From contig CAVPCR010000002.1 in NCBI GenBank assembly GCA_963702435.1, forward strand, positions 576,001 through 640,000: a DNA stretch of 64,000 nucleotides, written 5' to 3'. The translations under genes were made by a program, and so were the position numbers. Positions 46,423-56,910 of the stretch are shown here, piece after piece (positions within the stretch are counted from its first letter, which is position 1; the number at the start of each line of letters is the position of its first letter). The notes under the pieces were generated by a model, which saw nothing but the letters and a program-made list of their open reading frames with translations, was not told the DNA's origin and searched no databases. This DNA comes from Candidatus Eiseniibacteriota bacterium (GTDB taxonomy: Bacteria; Eisenbacteria; RBG-16-71-46; CAVPCR01).

Positions 46423-47781
46423 TCATCGCCCCTGGACGATCCGTCCTGCCTCGACCGCCACGCGACCGCCGGCGACGACCGCCGTCACGTGCGACGGACC
46501 GATGTGATACGCGAGGTGGCAGACGCCGGGGAGAGCGACGACCTGGAGATCGGCGCGGGCGCCGGCGACGAGGACGCCGCGATCGGCGACCCCCGCCGCG
46601 TGCGCCGCGTTCCGCGTCGCGGCGACGAGCGCCTCCTCGGGGGTCAGGCGGAGCCCGAGACAGGCGAGGCTCACGACGAGCGGCATCGAGGCCACCATCG
46701 AGCTTCCTGGATTGAAGTCGGTGGCGATCGCGATCGGGAGGCCCTGGTCGGCGAGGCGCCGGCCCGGCGCGAAGCGCGTCATGCCGAGGAAGAAGCTCGT
46801 CGCGGGGAGGAGCACCGGGATCGTCTGTGAGCCTGCGAGGGCCGCGATCCCCGCTTCCCCGATCGCCATCAGGTGATCGGCCGAGGTGGCGCCCGCGGCG
46901 GCAGCGAGGGCCGCGCCGCCCGAATCCTCGAACTCGTCGGCGTGGAGCTTGAGCGCGAGGCCGTGGCGACGCGCGGCGGCGAAGATCGCGCGCGTGTCAT
47001 CGGGGCTGAAGTAGCCCGGCTCGCAGAAGACGTCGCAGAAGCGCGCGATCCCCTGCGCCGCAACTGCCGGCAGCATCTCGTGGACGATGCGCTCGACGTA
47101 GCCCGCCGTGTTGCCCGCGAACTCGGGCGGCACCGCATGCGCGCCCATGAAGGTCGGGACGACCGTGACCGGGTGCGTGCGCTCGAGCTCGGCCATCACC
47201 TCGAGGGCGCGGAGCTCATCGGCGGTCGTGAGCCCGTAGCCGGTCTTCGCCTCGACGGTGGTCGTCCCGAGGAGGAGCATCTGGTCGAGGGCGCGGCGGC
47301 CGCGCGCGAGGAGCTCGTCGTTCGACGCGGCGCGAAAGGCCCGCACGGAGGAGAGGATCCCGCCGCCCGCGGCCGCGATCTCCGCGTACGTGCGGCCGCG
47401 CACGCGCATCCCGAACTCGTCGGCCCGATCCCCGGCGAAGGGGATGTGGGTGTGCGGATCGACGAAGCCGGGGAGGACGCTGCCGCCCGCCGCATCGAGG
47501 AGGCGCGCGCCGGGGGCGAGGCGGACATGAGAGTCGAGCTCCGTCTCGGGGCCGACCCAGGCGATGCGCTCGCCGGCGACGGCCACCGCGCCCCGCGGGA
47601 TGAGGCCGATCTCGCCGAGCGCGACGCCGCGGGCGGGGGCGAGGGAGCCGCCCGCGTGCCCCGCGGCCTCGCGCTCCGCTGCCGAGGCCATCGTCGCCAC
47701 CTCGGCCGCGCCGCGGACGACGAGCGTCGCTTCTACTCGCGCGTCTCGCGCGTCTCGCGCCTCTCGCGCATCGGCCGCCAC
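46423..47781 (-). CDS. hutI: Imidazolonepropionase
   Basis: PGFVDPHTH, GGGILSSV, EAKTGYGL, TFMGAHA, DVFCE, KLHADE, SADHL, ATDFNPGSS. Confidence 0.95.
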   Translation of the reverse strand: MAADAREARDARDARVEATLVVRGAAEVATMASAAEREAAGHAGGSLAPARGVALGEIGLIPRGAVAVAGERIAWVGPETELDSHVRLAPGARLLDAAGGSVLPGFVDPHTHIPFAGDRADEFGMRVRGRTYAEIAAAGGGILSSVRAFRAASNDELLARGRRALDQMLLLGTTTVEAKTGYGLTTADELRALEVMAELERTHPVTVVPTFMGAHAVPPEFAGNTAGYVERIVHEMLPAVAAQGIARFCDVFCEPGYFSPDDTRAIFAAARRHGLALKLHADEFEDSGGAALAAAAGATSADHLMAIGEAGIAALAGSQTIPVLLPATSFFLGMTRFAPGRRLADQGLPIAIATDFNPGSSMVASMPLVVSLACLGLRLTPEEALVAATRNAAHAAGVADRGVLVAGARADLQVVALPGVCHLAYHIGPSHVTAVVAGGRVAVEAGRIVQGR

Positions 47782-47785
47782 CCGC

Positions 47786-49516
47786 CTACTTCCCTTCCTC
47801 CAGCATGGGGATCCTGAGCCCCTGCGCGTGCGCCGTCTCCACCGCCTCCTCGTAGCCCGCGTCCGCGTGGCGCATGACGCCCGTTCCGGGGTCGTTGGTG
47901 AGAACGCGCGAGAGGCGCTCGTCGGCATCCTCGCTCCCGTCGGCGACACACACCATGCCGGCATGGAGCGAGTAGCCGATGCCGACCCCTCCCCCGTGAT
48001 GCACCGACACCCACGCCGCCCCCGACGCCGTGTTGAGGAGCGCGTTCAGGATCGGCCAGTCGGCGATCGCGTCCGAGCCGTCCTTCATCGCCTCGGTCTC
48101 GCGATAGGGTGAGGCGACCGAGCCCGAGTCGAGGTGATCGCGCCCGATGACGATCGGTGCCTTCACCTCCCCGCGCCGGACAAGGTCGTTCAGGACGAGC
48201 CCGGCGCGATCGCGCTCGCCGAAGCCGAGCCAGCAGATCCGGGCCGGGAGACCCTGGTAGGCCACGTGCTTCCGCGCGAGCGGGATCCAGCGCGCGAGCA
48301 CCTTATCGTCGGGGAACGCCTCGAGGAGCGCCTTGTCGGCGCGAGCGATGTCGGCCGGGTCGCCGGAGAGGGCGGCGAAGCGGAAGGGCCCCTTCCCGCG
48401 GCAGAAGAGCGGGCGGATGTAGGCCGGGACGAAGCCCGGAAAATCGAAAGCACGCTCCAACCCAGCTTTCTGCGCCTGGGCGCGAATATTGTTCCCGTAG
48501 TCGAAGACCACGCTCCCCCGCTCCTGGAAGGCGAGCATGGCGCCGACATGGGTCGCAATCGACTCCATCGAGCGCTTGATGTAGAGCTCGGGATTCGTGC
48601 GGCGAAGCTCGACCGCCGCCGCGAACGGCATCCCACCCGGCACATAGCCGTTCAGCGCATCGTGCGCCGAGGTCTGATCGGTGACGATGTCGGGTCTGAA
48701 ACCGCGCCGCACGAGCTCGGGCAGGATGTCAGCCGTGTTCCCGAGGAGCGCGATCGAGAGCGGCTCCCGCGCCGAGCGCGCCGCCTCGGCAAGCTTGATC
48801 GCATCATCCACCTTGTCGGTCTTGCGATCGACGTAGCGGGTCTCGATCCGGCGGCTGATGCGCTCGGGATCCACCTCGACCGCGATGCAGACGCCGCCGT
48901 TCATGGTGACGGCAAGGGGCTGCGCCCCACCCATGCCGCCGAGGCCGCCGGTGAGCGTGATCCGCCCGGCGAGCGTCCCGTCGAAGTGCTGGCGCGCAAG
49001 CTCAGCGAGGGTCTCGAAGGTGCCCTGGAGGATGCCCTGCGTCCCGATGTAGATCCAGCTCCCCGCGGTCATCTGCCCATACATGGTGAGACCGAGCCGC
49101 TCGAGGCGGCGAAACTCCTCCCAGTTGCCCCACGCCGGCACCAGGTTCGCGTTCGCGATGAGAACGCGCGGCGCGAAGGGGTGCGTGCGGAAGACCCCGA
49201 CCGGCTTTCCGGACTGGACGAGGAGCGTCTCGTCGGATTCGAGGCGGCGGAGCTCGCGGACGATCGCGTCGTACGCCTCCCAGCTCCGCGCCGCCTTCCC
49301 CGATCCGCCGTAGACGACGAGATCGGCGGGGCGCTCGGCCACCTCGGGATCGAGGTTGTTCATGAGCATGCGGAGGGCGGCTTCCTGGAGCCACCCCTTG
49401 CACGTAAGCTGCGTGCCGCGCGGGGCGCGGACGGCGGGACGAGCCGCGGGAGCCGCGGGGGACGCCGCGGAAGCGGCGGCCGTCTGGGCGGCCGGGGCAT
49501 TGCTCGTTGCGTTCAT
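47786..49516 (-). CDS. hutU: Urocanate hydratase
   Basis: [80 protein letters not shown]. Confidence 0.98.
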   Translation of the reverse strand: MNATSNAPAAQTAAASAASPAAPAARPAVRAPRGTQLTCKGWLQEAALRMLMNNLDPEVAERPADLVVYGGSGKAARSWEAYDAIVRELRRLESDETLLVQSGKPVGVFRTHPFAPRVLIANANLVPAWGNWEEFRRLERLGLTMYGQMTAGSWIYIGTQGILQGTFETLAELARQHFDGTLAGRITLTGGLGGMGGAQPLAVTMNGGVCIAVEVDPERISRRIETRYVDRKTDKVDDAIKLAEAARSAREPLSIALLGNTADILPELVRRGFRPDIVTDQTSAHDALNGYVPGGMPFAAAVELRRTNPELYIKRSMESIATHVGAMLAFQERGSVVFDYGNNIRAQAQKAGLERAFDFPGFVPAYIRPLFCRGKGPFRFAALSGDPADIARADKALLEAFPDDKVLARWIPLARKHVAYQGLPARICWLGFGERDRAGLVLNDLVRRGEVKAPIVIGRDHLDSGSVASPYRETEAMKDGSDAIADWPILNALLNTASGAAWVSVHHGGGVGIGYSLHAGMVCVADGSEDADERLSRVLTNDPGTGVMRHADAGYEEAVETAHAQGLRIPMLEEGK

Positions 49517-49654
49517 CGTGTTCTCGCTCAGGTGTTCACCGATTCTTGGGGAAGCGCCGTCATGGCGCCGGCCGCCGAGAGCATACCCCGGCGCTCGGGG
49601 ATGAGCAACGTGGAGCGGCAGGATTCGCCGTGTCCGCGGTGTCGATCGCAACCC

Positions 49655-49912
49655 TCAACGCAATCTGCGGCGCACCGCTCTTCTCAGCTCGCTGCGTACC
49701 TCGCGGGCCCGACCCCTTTCCCGGCGAGCCTCGGCGATCAGCGCTTCGAACTCGGCCATCGAGGGCGGGAAGATCGCCTTCAGGATGACGACATCGCCGA
49801 CGCCGATGACGACGAACTGCGACCCCGCCTTGAGTCCCATCCGCTTGCGGACGGCCGCGGGAATCACCACGTGGCCCTTCGCCAGCATCTTGGTCGTGGA
49901 TACGCGTCGCAT
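49655..49912 (-). CDS. AbrB/MazE-family DNA-binding protein (probable orphan antitoxin)
   Basis: TTKMLAKGHVVIPAAVRKRMGLKAGSQF; GGAGGAGG RBS. Confidence 0.85.
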   Translation of the reverse strand: MRRVSTTKMLAKGHVVIPAAVRKRMGLKAGSQFVVIGVGDVVILKAIFPPSMAEFEALIAEARRERGRAREVRSELRRAVRRRLR

Positions 49913-50149
49913 TGAATGACCTCCTCCGTTGGCCGCCTGGTGGGCGAGACTAGCGGAGGGCGGACCGCGGGACAACCGGGCCCCGGACTTGGCCCGCCTC
50001 ACCTCCGTTTGACCCCCGGTACCCCGCCTAGTAATCTCCAGTGCCGCCGCGGGTCGCGCGGCTCCGCTTTCGTCGGCGTGGCGCTCGCACATCGGATTCG
50101 GGCGCGCTGGCATACCCGGGGGATGGACCAACACGGAGGTCTTTCGATC

Positions 50150-50626
50150 ATGAGGAGAATCGGCATTCTGTTCGCCCTGGTGGCGTTAGCCTTCGCCACG
50201 GCTTCCTTCGCGCAGGAGGCCGGCCGGAAGAACGCGCTCGAGGAGAACCGCGCCAAGGTCCAGGCCGCGCGCAAGGCCAAGGTCGAGTCCAACCTGACGC
50301 TCACTGCGGATGAGGCCAAGGCGTTCTGGCCCCTCTATGACGAGTACACCGCCGAGGTGGTGAAGCTCGGCGATCGCAAGTCGGCGCTCATCACCGACTT
50401 CGCCCGCAACTACGAGAAGCTGACCGACGAGCAGGCAAAGAGCATGCTCAAGGAGCAGTTCGACATCCAGGAGCAGTCGCTGGCGCTCCGCCGCGACACC
50501 CTGAAGAAGATGGAGGGCGTCCTGCCCCCGCAGAAGCTCGTGCGCTTCTTCCAGATCGACAACAAGTTCGATTCAGAGATCAACTCCAAGCTGGCGGAGA
50601 TGGTGCCGCTGGCGGAGCCCAAGTAG
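50150..50626 (+). CDS. Secreted helical protein (Spy/CpxP-like LT..E...FWP.Y motif)
   Basis: Signal peptide ASFA/Q, LTLTADEAKAFWPLYDEY; GGAGG RBS. Confidence 0.75.
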   Translation: MRRIGILFALVALAFATASFAQEAGRKNALEENRAKVQAARKAKVESNLTLTADEAKAFWPLYDEYTAEVVKLGDRKSALITDFARNYEKLTDEQAKSMLKEQFDIQEQSLALRRDTLKKMEGVLPPQKLVRFFQIDNKFDSEINSKLAEMVPLAEPK

Positions 50627-50682
50627 CGACGGTCTGCAGTGCGGGATTGCGGGACCACGGCGGCGCGGCCAGGCGGGATTTC

Positions 50683-51258
50683 ATGACCAAGGGCAGGCTC
50701 GAGGCATTCAGCGATGGCGTGATCGCGATCATCATCACGATCATGGTGCTCGAGCTTCGAGTTCCCCATGAGGCCGCCCTGGCCGCGCTCCGCCCGCTCG
50801 TCCCCAAGTTCATGTGCTACGTGCTGAGCTTCGTCATGCTCGGCATCTACTGGAACAACCACCACCACCTGCTCCAGGCCACGCGCCACGTGGATGGGCG
50901 CGTCCTGTGGGCCAACATGCATCTTCTCTTCTGGCTGTCGCTCGTCCCGTTCGTCACGGGGTGGATGGGCGAGAACGACTTCGCCGCCCTGCCCGTCGCC
51001 GCCTACGGCGCGGTGATGCTCCTCGCCGCGATCGCCTACTACATCCTCGTCCGCGCGCTCATCGCCCTCCACGGCGAGGGCTCCACGATCGCGACCGCCA
51101 TCGGCAGCGACTTCAAGGGGAAGATCTCGATCGTGATCTACGTGGCGGCGATGCCGCTGGCGGTCGTGAACCCGCTGCTATCGTGCGGGCTCTACGTGCT
51201 GGTTGCTGTGATCTGGTTCATCCCCGATCGGCGGCTGGAGAAGACGGTGGAGCGGTGA
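50683..51258 (+). CDS. TMEM175-family potassium channel
   Basis: RLEAFSDGVIAIIITIMVLE, YVLSF, YWNNHH. Confidence 0.92.
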   Translation: MTKGRLEAFSDGVIAIIITIMVLELRVPHEAALAALRPLVPKFMCYVLSFVMLGIYWNNHHHLLQATRHVDGRVLWANMHLLFWLSLVPFVTGWMGENDFAALPVAAYGAVMLLAAIAYYILVRALIALHGEGSTIATAIGSDFKGKISIVIYVAAMPLAVVNPLLSCGLYVLVAVIWFIPDRRLEKTVER

Positions 51259-51325
51259 AGGGGCCGCGCCGCGGCGACGCATCCCTGCCGTCCCGCACCA
51301 GTGGTTACGTCTCCGAGCCCTACCG

Positions 51326-53200
51326 CTACTCGATACGACTTCTGATGAACCGCTCAGTCTCTTTGTCCACGAAGTAGACGAAGCACCCCCGCAGCCCCCG
51401 CGTCAGGAGCACGCGATAGGTGTTCTTCACCAAGTCCGTGAAAGCGCCCTTAGCTCTCTTCACGACAACATCAAATGACTTCGCCTGATCGCCAATCCAC
51501 TTCGCCTGATCCGGGTCGTACCGCAAGTCACCGCCGAAGACGACTCCAACGTAGTCGAATTCAAACCCCTGCGCCGTGTACACACAGCCGACCTGTCCGA
51601 CCCCGCGTGGATCCGTAGCCCAGTAGCTCGCCCTTGGCACATCGGCAGCGAGGCTGTACGACTCCGGCCTTGCATTCCAGGGCCGCTTGTAGTCTCCGAT
51701 GACAATGTCATCGATCAGAGTCCCGTCCCGTCGAGGTTGCGACCACGGCCAGCAGAAGCCGGCGGTCAGGCGGGCGCCATACCCCTTTGCCCGCTTCTCC
51801 GCGATCGCCCGCTCGAGCTCCTCCGCGCTGTCGACGATGCGAAACTCGAAGCTCTCCTGGTCTTCGCGCTGGAACAAGATGTTCTCGGTTCTCACGATGT
51901 CGAGGGTGTTGTTGACCCAATTGACAAATGCCTCGGAGCCACCACAACGGAACTGCAGATCCAGCTCGTATTCGTGAAGAGAACACCCGAACTTCGCGGC
52001 AGCACTTCTAATGTAGCCTGCTGAGCCGATCTCGTTGGGGCGAACGACCTGCTTGTCATCGAGCAAGAACACGCTGACCTTGGCGCTCTCGATGAGCTCT
52101 TCGATCTGCGGTCTCCGCGACCTCAGACTCGCCCGCGTGTAACGGCTGTTGCTTGTCTCTCTGATGCGGTGTGCCTCGTCACACACAAGTACATCAACGG
52201 CATTCGCCTCTGCCTTCGTGTAGCTGTTGAAGTACTTGAATTGCACCGCCCCTCGCGGGCCGATGACCTTCCGCAGCGTTTCAGTGAACGCTTTCGATCC
52301 CGTTGCGTACTGCGCATTGTGGTTCATGCGAAGGAGCTCGGCGACGAGATTGATGGCAATCACTGACTTACCAGTTCCTGGTCCACCGGTGATCATGATT
52401 GTCGTCTTTGGGCCGTCGCCAAACCCCGCCTTGGCCATGCCGAGAACACGATCGAATGCCACAAGCTGTTCGTCTAGCAGGATGTACTCGGGATTACCCT
52501 TGATGACGTTCGCAACGTGCTGCATCAGCTGCTTGCTCGGCCTGTACTTGCTCTGCTCAACCCGTGCCAGCACGGGGAGTCCATTCCCGCCTGACAGCTG
52601 CGTGCCAAGGAGCGAGGCGATTCCATCGAAGTCGTCTGCAGAGAAGACCGGATGTGACGATAGAACCTCGGAGAACTTGGAAGCAAGCATCGGGTCGTTC
52701 GCTTCGACCCTGTAGTTGTGAAGATAGCAGCAGGAGCTCAACCCTATAGGCGACGGGGGTTCGTAGAAGGCTGTATGCGTGTCGCGCAGGTACATTTCGT
52801 ACTGCCTGACCTGAACTGCTGGATGGAGCACCTCGCGTCGAGCACCCCCAAGGAACGTGATCAGCTCATTGTCCGACGGGCTCGCTTCGCAAGCCTGCCA
52901 CTGCTTCAACTCAATGATCACTGCTTTGTCGTCATGGGAGCTGGTTGTGCCGCACAGCATGCAATCGAGTCGCCTGGAGGTCAGCGGCAGCTGGTACTCG
53001 AGCAGCACGCCATGATCGTTCAGCTCAGCTCCCTTGATCACATCCTTGAGCGCTCGCAGCGAATTCTGCCAGGACATGACTTCCGATGGCGATGGCCGGC
53101 TTCGGTAGTATGCCAAGTACGCATTGCGGAGCTTATCGGCTATCTGGTTCCGTGCCGTATCAGTGCAAAACTGCTCGGACGTCCCCGCGTACAGCCGCAT
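51326..53200 (-). CDS. DUF2075 (Schlafen group 3-like) helicase/ATPase with N-terminal PD-(D/E)xK-like domain
   Basis: EYQLP..RRLD...IIELKQW, Walker A GGPGTGKS, DEAHR, QFRC, AGFCWPW, VGCVYTAQGFEFDYVGV, YRVLLTRG. Confidence 0.88.
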   Translation of the reverse strand: MRLYAGTSEQFCTDTARNQIADKLRNAYLAYYRSRPSPSEVMSWQNSLRALKDVIKGAELNDHGVLLEYQLPLTSRRLDCMLCGTTSSHDDKAVIIELKQWQACEASPSDNELITFLGGARREVLHPAVQVRQYEMYLRDTHTAFYEPPSPIGLSSCCYLHNYRVEANDPMLASKFSEVLSSHPVFSADDFDGIASLLGTQLSGGNGLPVLARVEQSKYRPSKQLMQHVANVIKGNPEYILLDEQLVAFDRVLGMAKAGFGDGPKTTIMITGGPGTGKSVIAINLVAELLRMNHNAQYATGSKAFTETLRKVIGPRGAVQFKYFNSYTKAEANAVDVLVCDEAHRIRETSNSRYTRASLRSRRPQIEELIESAKVSVFLLDDKQVVRPNEIGSAGYIRSAAAKFGCSLHEYELDLQFRCGGSEAFVNWVNNTLDIVRTENILFQREDQESFEFRIVDSAEELERAIAEKRAKGYGARLTAGFCWPWSQPRRDGTLIDDIVIGDYKRPWNARPESYSLAADVPRASYWATDPRGVGQVGCVYTAQGFEFDYVGVVFGGDLRYDPDQAKWIGDQAKSFDVVVKRAKGAFTDLVKNTYRVLLTRGLRGCFVYFVDKETERFIRSRIE

Positions 53201-53202
53201 CT

Positions 53203-53553
53203 CTACAACTCCGTGTACTTGACTGCGCGGCCGCGTGACTTCTCGACCGGATACTTCACAGCGTTCTCAGCGAGCTTTTTCTCGACGATATCCTGTGGGT
53301 CCACTCCAAGTCGATGAGCGAGGAGGAGCGCGAAGATGAGGACGTCGGCAAGCTCGCTGCGAATTGCCTCCGGTGCTGAGCCTGAGCAAAGCTCCTCGAC
53401 CTCGGAAGGCGACTTCCATAGGAAATGCTCGAGCAGCTCCGCAGCCTCGATACTCAGCCCGAGGGATAGGTCCTTTGGATTGTGGTACTGCGCCCAATCT
53501 CGGGCGTCACGAAAGGCAATGATCTTGGCGATGAGGTCGTCGATGGTGTTCAT
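53203..53553 (-). CDS. MazG-like nucleotide pyrophosphohydrolase (dCTP pyrophosphatase-like)
   Basis: FRDARDWAQYHNPKDL....EAAELLE.F.W...ELADV...KL..N..KYP. Confidence 0.92.
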   Translation of the reverse strand: MNTIDDLIAKIIAFRDARDWAQYHNPKDLSLGLSIEAAELLEHFLWKSPSEVEELCSGSAPEAIRSELADVLIFALLLAHRLGVDPQDIVEKKLAENAVKYPVEKSRGRAVKYTEL

Positions 53554-53588
53554 TTCAGTTCCGATCTACTGGTGACAACTGGCGCTCT

Positions 53589-56168
53589 TCATGATTCCCC
53601 CTTCTCCGGTCCGCGCGTGGCTGGGCGTAGGCTCTCGACGCATATGGAGGCTCCATCGCGCGTTGCATACTTCCTGCCCCGCCACGCAGCAGCGCGCTCG
53701 CGCACGGTGTCGGCGTCGGGATCGAAGCCCAATTGCTCATCCAACTGATCGACGAGGTACACATCCTCCGCCACGGACTGCGGGGTCCGCTTCGTGCCGC
53801 GGCGCCCCCGCGCCGCCCGCGCATCCCCCGACCCCACGGCCACCTCACCCGTCGCAAACCACTCGGCCACGGCCTCCGCGAGCAACTCCCCTGCCACCAT
53901 CGTCGGCCTGACCGGCAGCGATCGCCTGAACACCTCGCCGTAGCTCGACGTCAGCAGCCGCGGGTCGAGGCAGATCACCGCACCGCGGTCGTCGAGGCTC
54001 CGGATCAACCGGCCGAAGCCCTGGCGGAAGCGGAGCACGGCCTCGGGCAAGAACAAGCTCGAGAACGGCACCTCCCCCGCTGCCGAGAGCTTCTCGCTCC
54101 GCGCTGCAATCAAAGGCTCCGACGGCACCGGGAACGGAAGCCGCGTGATCACGAGCACCTCGAGTTCCTCGCCGGGGAAGTCGACGCCCTCCCAGAAGCT
54201 CGACGTCCCGAGGAGGATCGCCCCGGCGTCCTGCCGGAAGCGGCGGGCGAGGACCTGTCGCGGCCCATCGAGCCCCTGCGCGAAGAGCGGACGGCCCTGC
54301 GCCTCGGCGACCGGCCGCACCCGCGCCCACACCTCGCGCAAGAGCCAGTTCGACGTGAAGAGGACGAGCGTGCGTCGCGGCACTCCGACGACCAGCGATT
54401 TCAAGAGGTTGGCGACCGCGGCGGCGTAGCCGGGCGCGTTGGGCGGCGTGAAGCCGGGATCGGCGAGGAGCACGCACTGGCGCGCGTGCTCGAACGGCGA
54501 GTCGAGCGCCATCAGGTGAAGGCGGCGGCGGTCGCGGCGGTCGAGGCCGAGGCGAGCGACCAGGTGGTCGAAGGAGCCGGCCACGGTCAGGGTGGCCGAA
54601 GTCAGGATGGCCGAACGGAAGCGGTCGAGGACACGACTGGCGAAGGTGTCGGCCACCTCGAGCGGGAGCGACGAGAGGCGTGCGGCGCCGCGCTCGAGAT
54701 CGACCCAGCAAACGTCGGCGTCGTCGGGCTCGGCGAGGGCGGCGAGGTCCGAGCCGAGCCATCCCCAATCCCCGGCGACCCCGGTCAGCTCGAGGAGCCA
54801 GTCGCCGGCGGACTCGGCGGGGAGCGATGCGGTGACGCGATCGATCGCGACCGCGAGGTCGCGGAGCGAGTGGCCCAGGTCCTCGATGGCCGCCCGGGCC
54901 CGATCCACCTCGAGACCGAAGAGCTCGGAGGCGGTCTCGGCGTTGTAGCGGAAGGGGGAGCCGAGACCGAAGCCGGGGCCGGGGAAGGCGCCTTTGTTTG
55001 AAGCGAGGGAGCGACCGTTCGGTGCAAATTTCGACTGCTCACTGGCACCGAGCGATCCCGCGGGATCGCTCAGGATCCGGCGCCCGACCGCCCTCAAGGC
55101 GACGAGCACGAGCCCCGCCGCCCGCTCCACCCCCTCGCGCACCTGGCCGATGCGCTGGCCCAGGTTCAGGCGATCGACATCGGACGGGATTGCACGCAGC
55201 CGCTCCGCGAGCCGCCCGAGCTCGCCGACCCGCGCAAGCTCTGCACCCAGGGCGAAGGCGCCGGTGCCGAGGTCATCGAAGGGCGGGGCGCCGTCGTCGT
55301 CGTCCGCGGAGGCCCCTGGCCCGACCGCCCCTGGATCCACCGCACCCGCCCCTGAATCCGCTGCGAGCGCCGCCCGCGCCCCGAGCGCCCGCCCCACCAG
55401 CCCCTGCACCCGCTCGATCGACACTTCGCGCCCGCAGGCGTCCGTGAGCGCCCGCTCGAGGTGATGCGCCTCGTCGAGCACGAGCCCATCGGCATCGGGC
55501 AGGTAGGCCGAGTCGCGGAGGAGGTGATTGAAGAGGAGAGCGTGGTTCAGGATCACGAGGTGCGACGTCTGCGCCCGCTTCCATGCGCGCCGGATGAAGC
55601 AGTCGTCTCCCCGATGGCAACGCCCCCAGTTGCAGCTCGCCGGATCGGAGGCCAGGCGCGCACCGCTCTCCCCCAGCGGCCCGAGCGCGGCCTCGGCCTC
55701 GGTGAGCTCCCCGGTCTCGGTCTCGACCACCCAGCCCGCGAGCCGCTCGAGCATCCCGGGCGGGAGCGCGAGGAGCCCGCGCCGCGCCTCCTCCCAGCGC
55801 CGCCGGCAAAGGTAGTTCGATTTCCCCTTCAGGACGGTCACCCGGAGCGGCCCCTCCCCGATCGCCGCGAGCACCTCGGCGACGATCGGCAGGTCCTTCT
55901 CGAGAAGCTGGTCCTGGAGGTTGAGCGTCCCGGTCGCGATCGCGACCGGCACCTGCTGGCGGAGGGCGTGGAGGGCGGCGGGAATCAGATAGGCGAGCGA
56001 CTTCCCGATGCCGGTCGGCGCCTCGACCGCAAGCACTCCGCCCGAGTCGAGCACGTCGGACACGCCGCGGGCCATCTCGAGCTGACCGTCGCGGTGCTCG
56101 AATGCAGGGAGGACGCCCGGGAGCGGGCCCTTCGGGCCGAGGAGGTCGTCGATCGAGTGGGGAGACAC
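53589..56168 (-). CDS. dinG: DinG/YoaA-family ATP-dependent DNA helicase
   Basis: Q motif RDGQ, EAPTGIGKSLAYL, LKGKSNYLC (Fe-S), DEAHH, TSATL, LFTS, SFWEGVDFPG, RLPF, QGFGRLIR. Confidence 0.93.
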   Translation of the reverse strand: MSPHSIDDLLGPKGPLPGVLPAFEHRDGQLEMARGVSDVLDSGGVLAVEAPTGIGKSLAYLIPAALHALRQQVPVAIATGTLNLQDQLLEKDLPIVAEVLAAIGEGPLRVTVLKGKSNYLCRRRWEEARRGLLALPPGMLERLAGWVVETETGELTEAEAALGPLGESGARLASDPASCNWGRCHRGDDCFIRRAWKRAQTSHLVILNHALLFNHLLRDSAYLPDADGLVLDEAHHLERALTDACGREVSIERVQGLVGRALGARAALAADSGAGAVDPGAVGPGASADDDDGAPPFDDLGTGAFALGAELARVGELGRLAERLRAIPSDVDRLNLGQRIGQVREGVERAAGLVLVALRAVGRRILSDPAGSLGASEQSKFAPNGRSLASNKGAFPGPGFGLGSPFRYNAETASELFGLEVDRARAAIEDLGHSLRDLAVAIDRVTASLPAESAGDWLLELTGVAGDWGWLGSDLAALAEPDDADVCWVDLERGAARLSSLPLEVADTFASRVLDRFRSAILTSATLTVAGSFDHLVARLGLDRRDRRRLHLMALDSPFEHARQCVLLADPGFTPPNAPGYAAAVANLLKSLVVGVPRRTLVLFTSNWLLREVWARVRPVAEAQGRPLFAQGLDGPRQVLARRFRQDAGAILLGTSSFWEGVDFPGEELEVLVITRLPFPVPSEPLIAARSEKLSAAGEVPFSSLFLPEAVLRFRQGFGRLIRSLDDRGAVICLDPRLLTSSYGEVFRRSLPVRPTMVAGELLAEAVAEWFATGEVAVGSGDARAARGRRGTKRTPQSVAEDVYLVDQLDEQLGFDPDADTVRERAAAWRGRKYATRDGASICVESLRPATRGPEKGES

Positions 56169-56242
56169 TCTCGTCTGGCACTCCGCGGGGCGTTCGGGGT
56201 GGTCGGCTTGTGTCGGCCGCGCTTGGTGGCGGCGTCCGGATC

Positions 56243-56324
56243 CATCCGGTAGCCAGCCACGGGAGGGGCGAAGGCCCGAGGCCAACCGACTGCTGCGGGC
56301 ACGAGGCGGGAGTCTAGCAGGCGG
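56243..56324. repeat. 82-bp direct repeat, copy 1 (upstream of dinG)
   Basis: 75/82 identical to 59585-59666 by manual alignment; contains a minus-strand TAGACT -10-like box. Confidence 0.92.
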
Positions 56325-56910
56325 GGCAGACCACCTCAACAGTTGGCTCCTTCGCCACCCGCCCGCCGCGCGGACCCACCGCTCGATGTACGCTGATAGC
56401 ACGAGGGGTAGCTCGTTTCACCTGCTCAATCGCCCACTGCGTCAGCCCATCCCACTCGTCAAGGGATCCTCCCTCGAGCAGTTGCCATCCGAGCTCTTCG
56501 AGGGTCCAGTTGCCTTTCGCGCTGTTTCGCATCATCCATGTGGTGACCCGGTTCTTGGAGTGATCTGGCCCGCCGCGCGCGACCGGCTCCACGTGATCGA
56601 TCGGTAGGAAACAGCTCCCAGAACACGATGTGAGATTCGCTCATCAGCCAATTCGGATGTGCAGGGAACTCCTCCGGAAGCAATGCCGAGAGAAGGCGCA
56701 GCGTCCCAGGAAAGACCAACGTTGTCCCGAGTAGCGATCAATGAAGCCGTCCTCCGCGAAGGTTCGATCTTCTCCGACTCGCTGTAGCGTCGCCCTTGAG
56801 GTGAAACCGGGGTGAACGGGTACTCCGTGGCGCGCGCATGTCGCAGCTTCCTGGATCTTGCCGTTCGCGATCGCCTCGCAGACACCGACAATCACCCCAG
56901 TCTTGTCCAT
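56314..56910 (-). pseudogene. HNH endonuclease, multiply frameshifted
   Basis: Pieces across three frames join as DGFIDRYSG..LVFPGTLRLLS..FPAHPNW..WELFPT-IDHVEPVARGG..N...NSAK.NWTLEELGW. Confidence 0.72.

Noticed and set aside
53589..56168. CasDinG of a type IV CRISPR system
   Set aside because: No csf/cas genes or array; the protein looks like an ordinary Fe-S DinG/YoaA with core-like GC content
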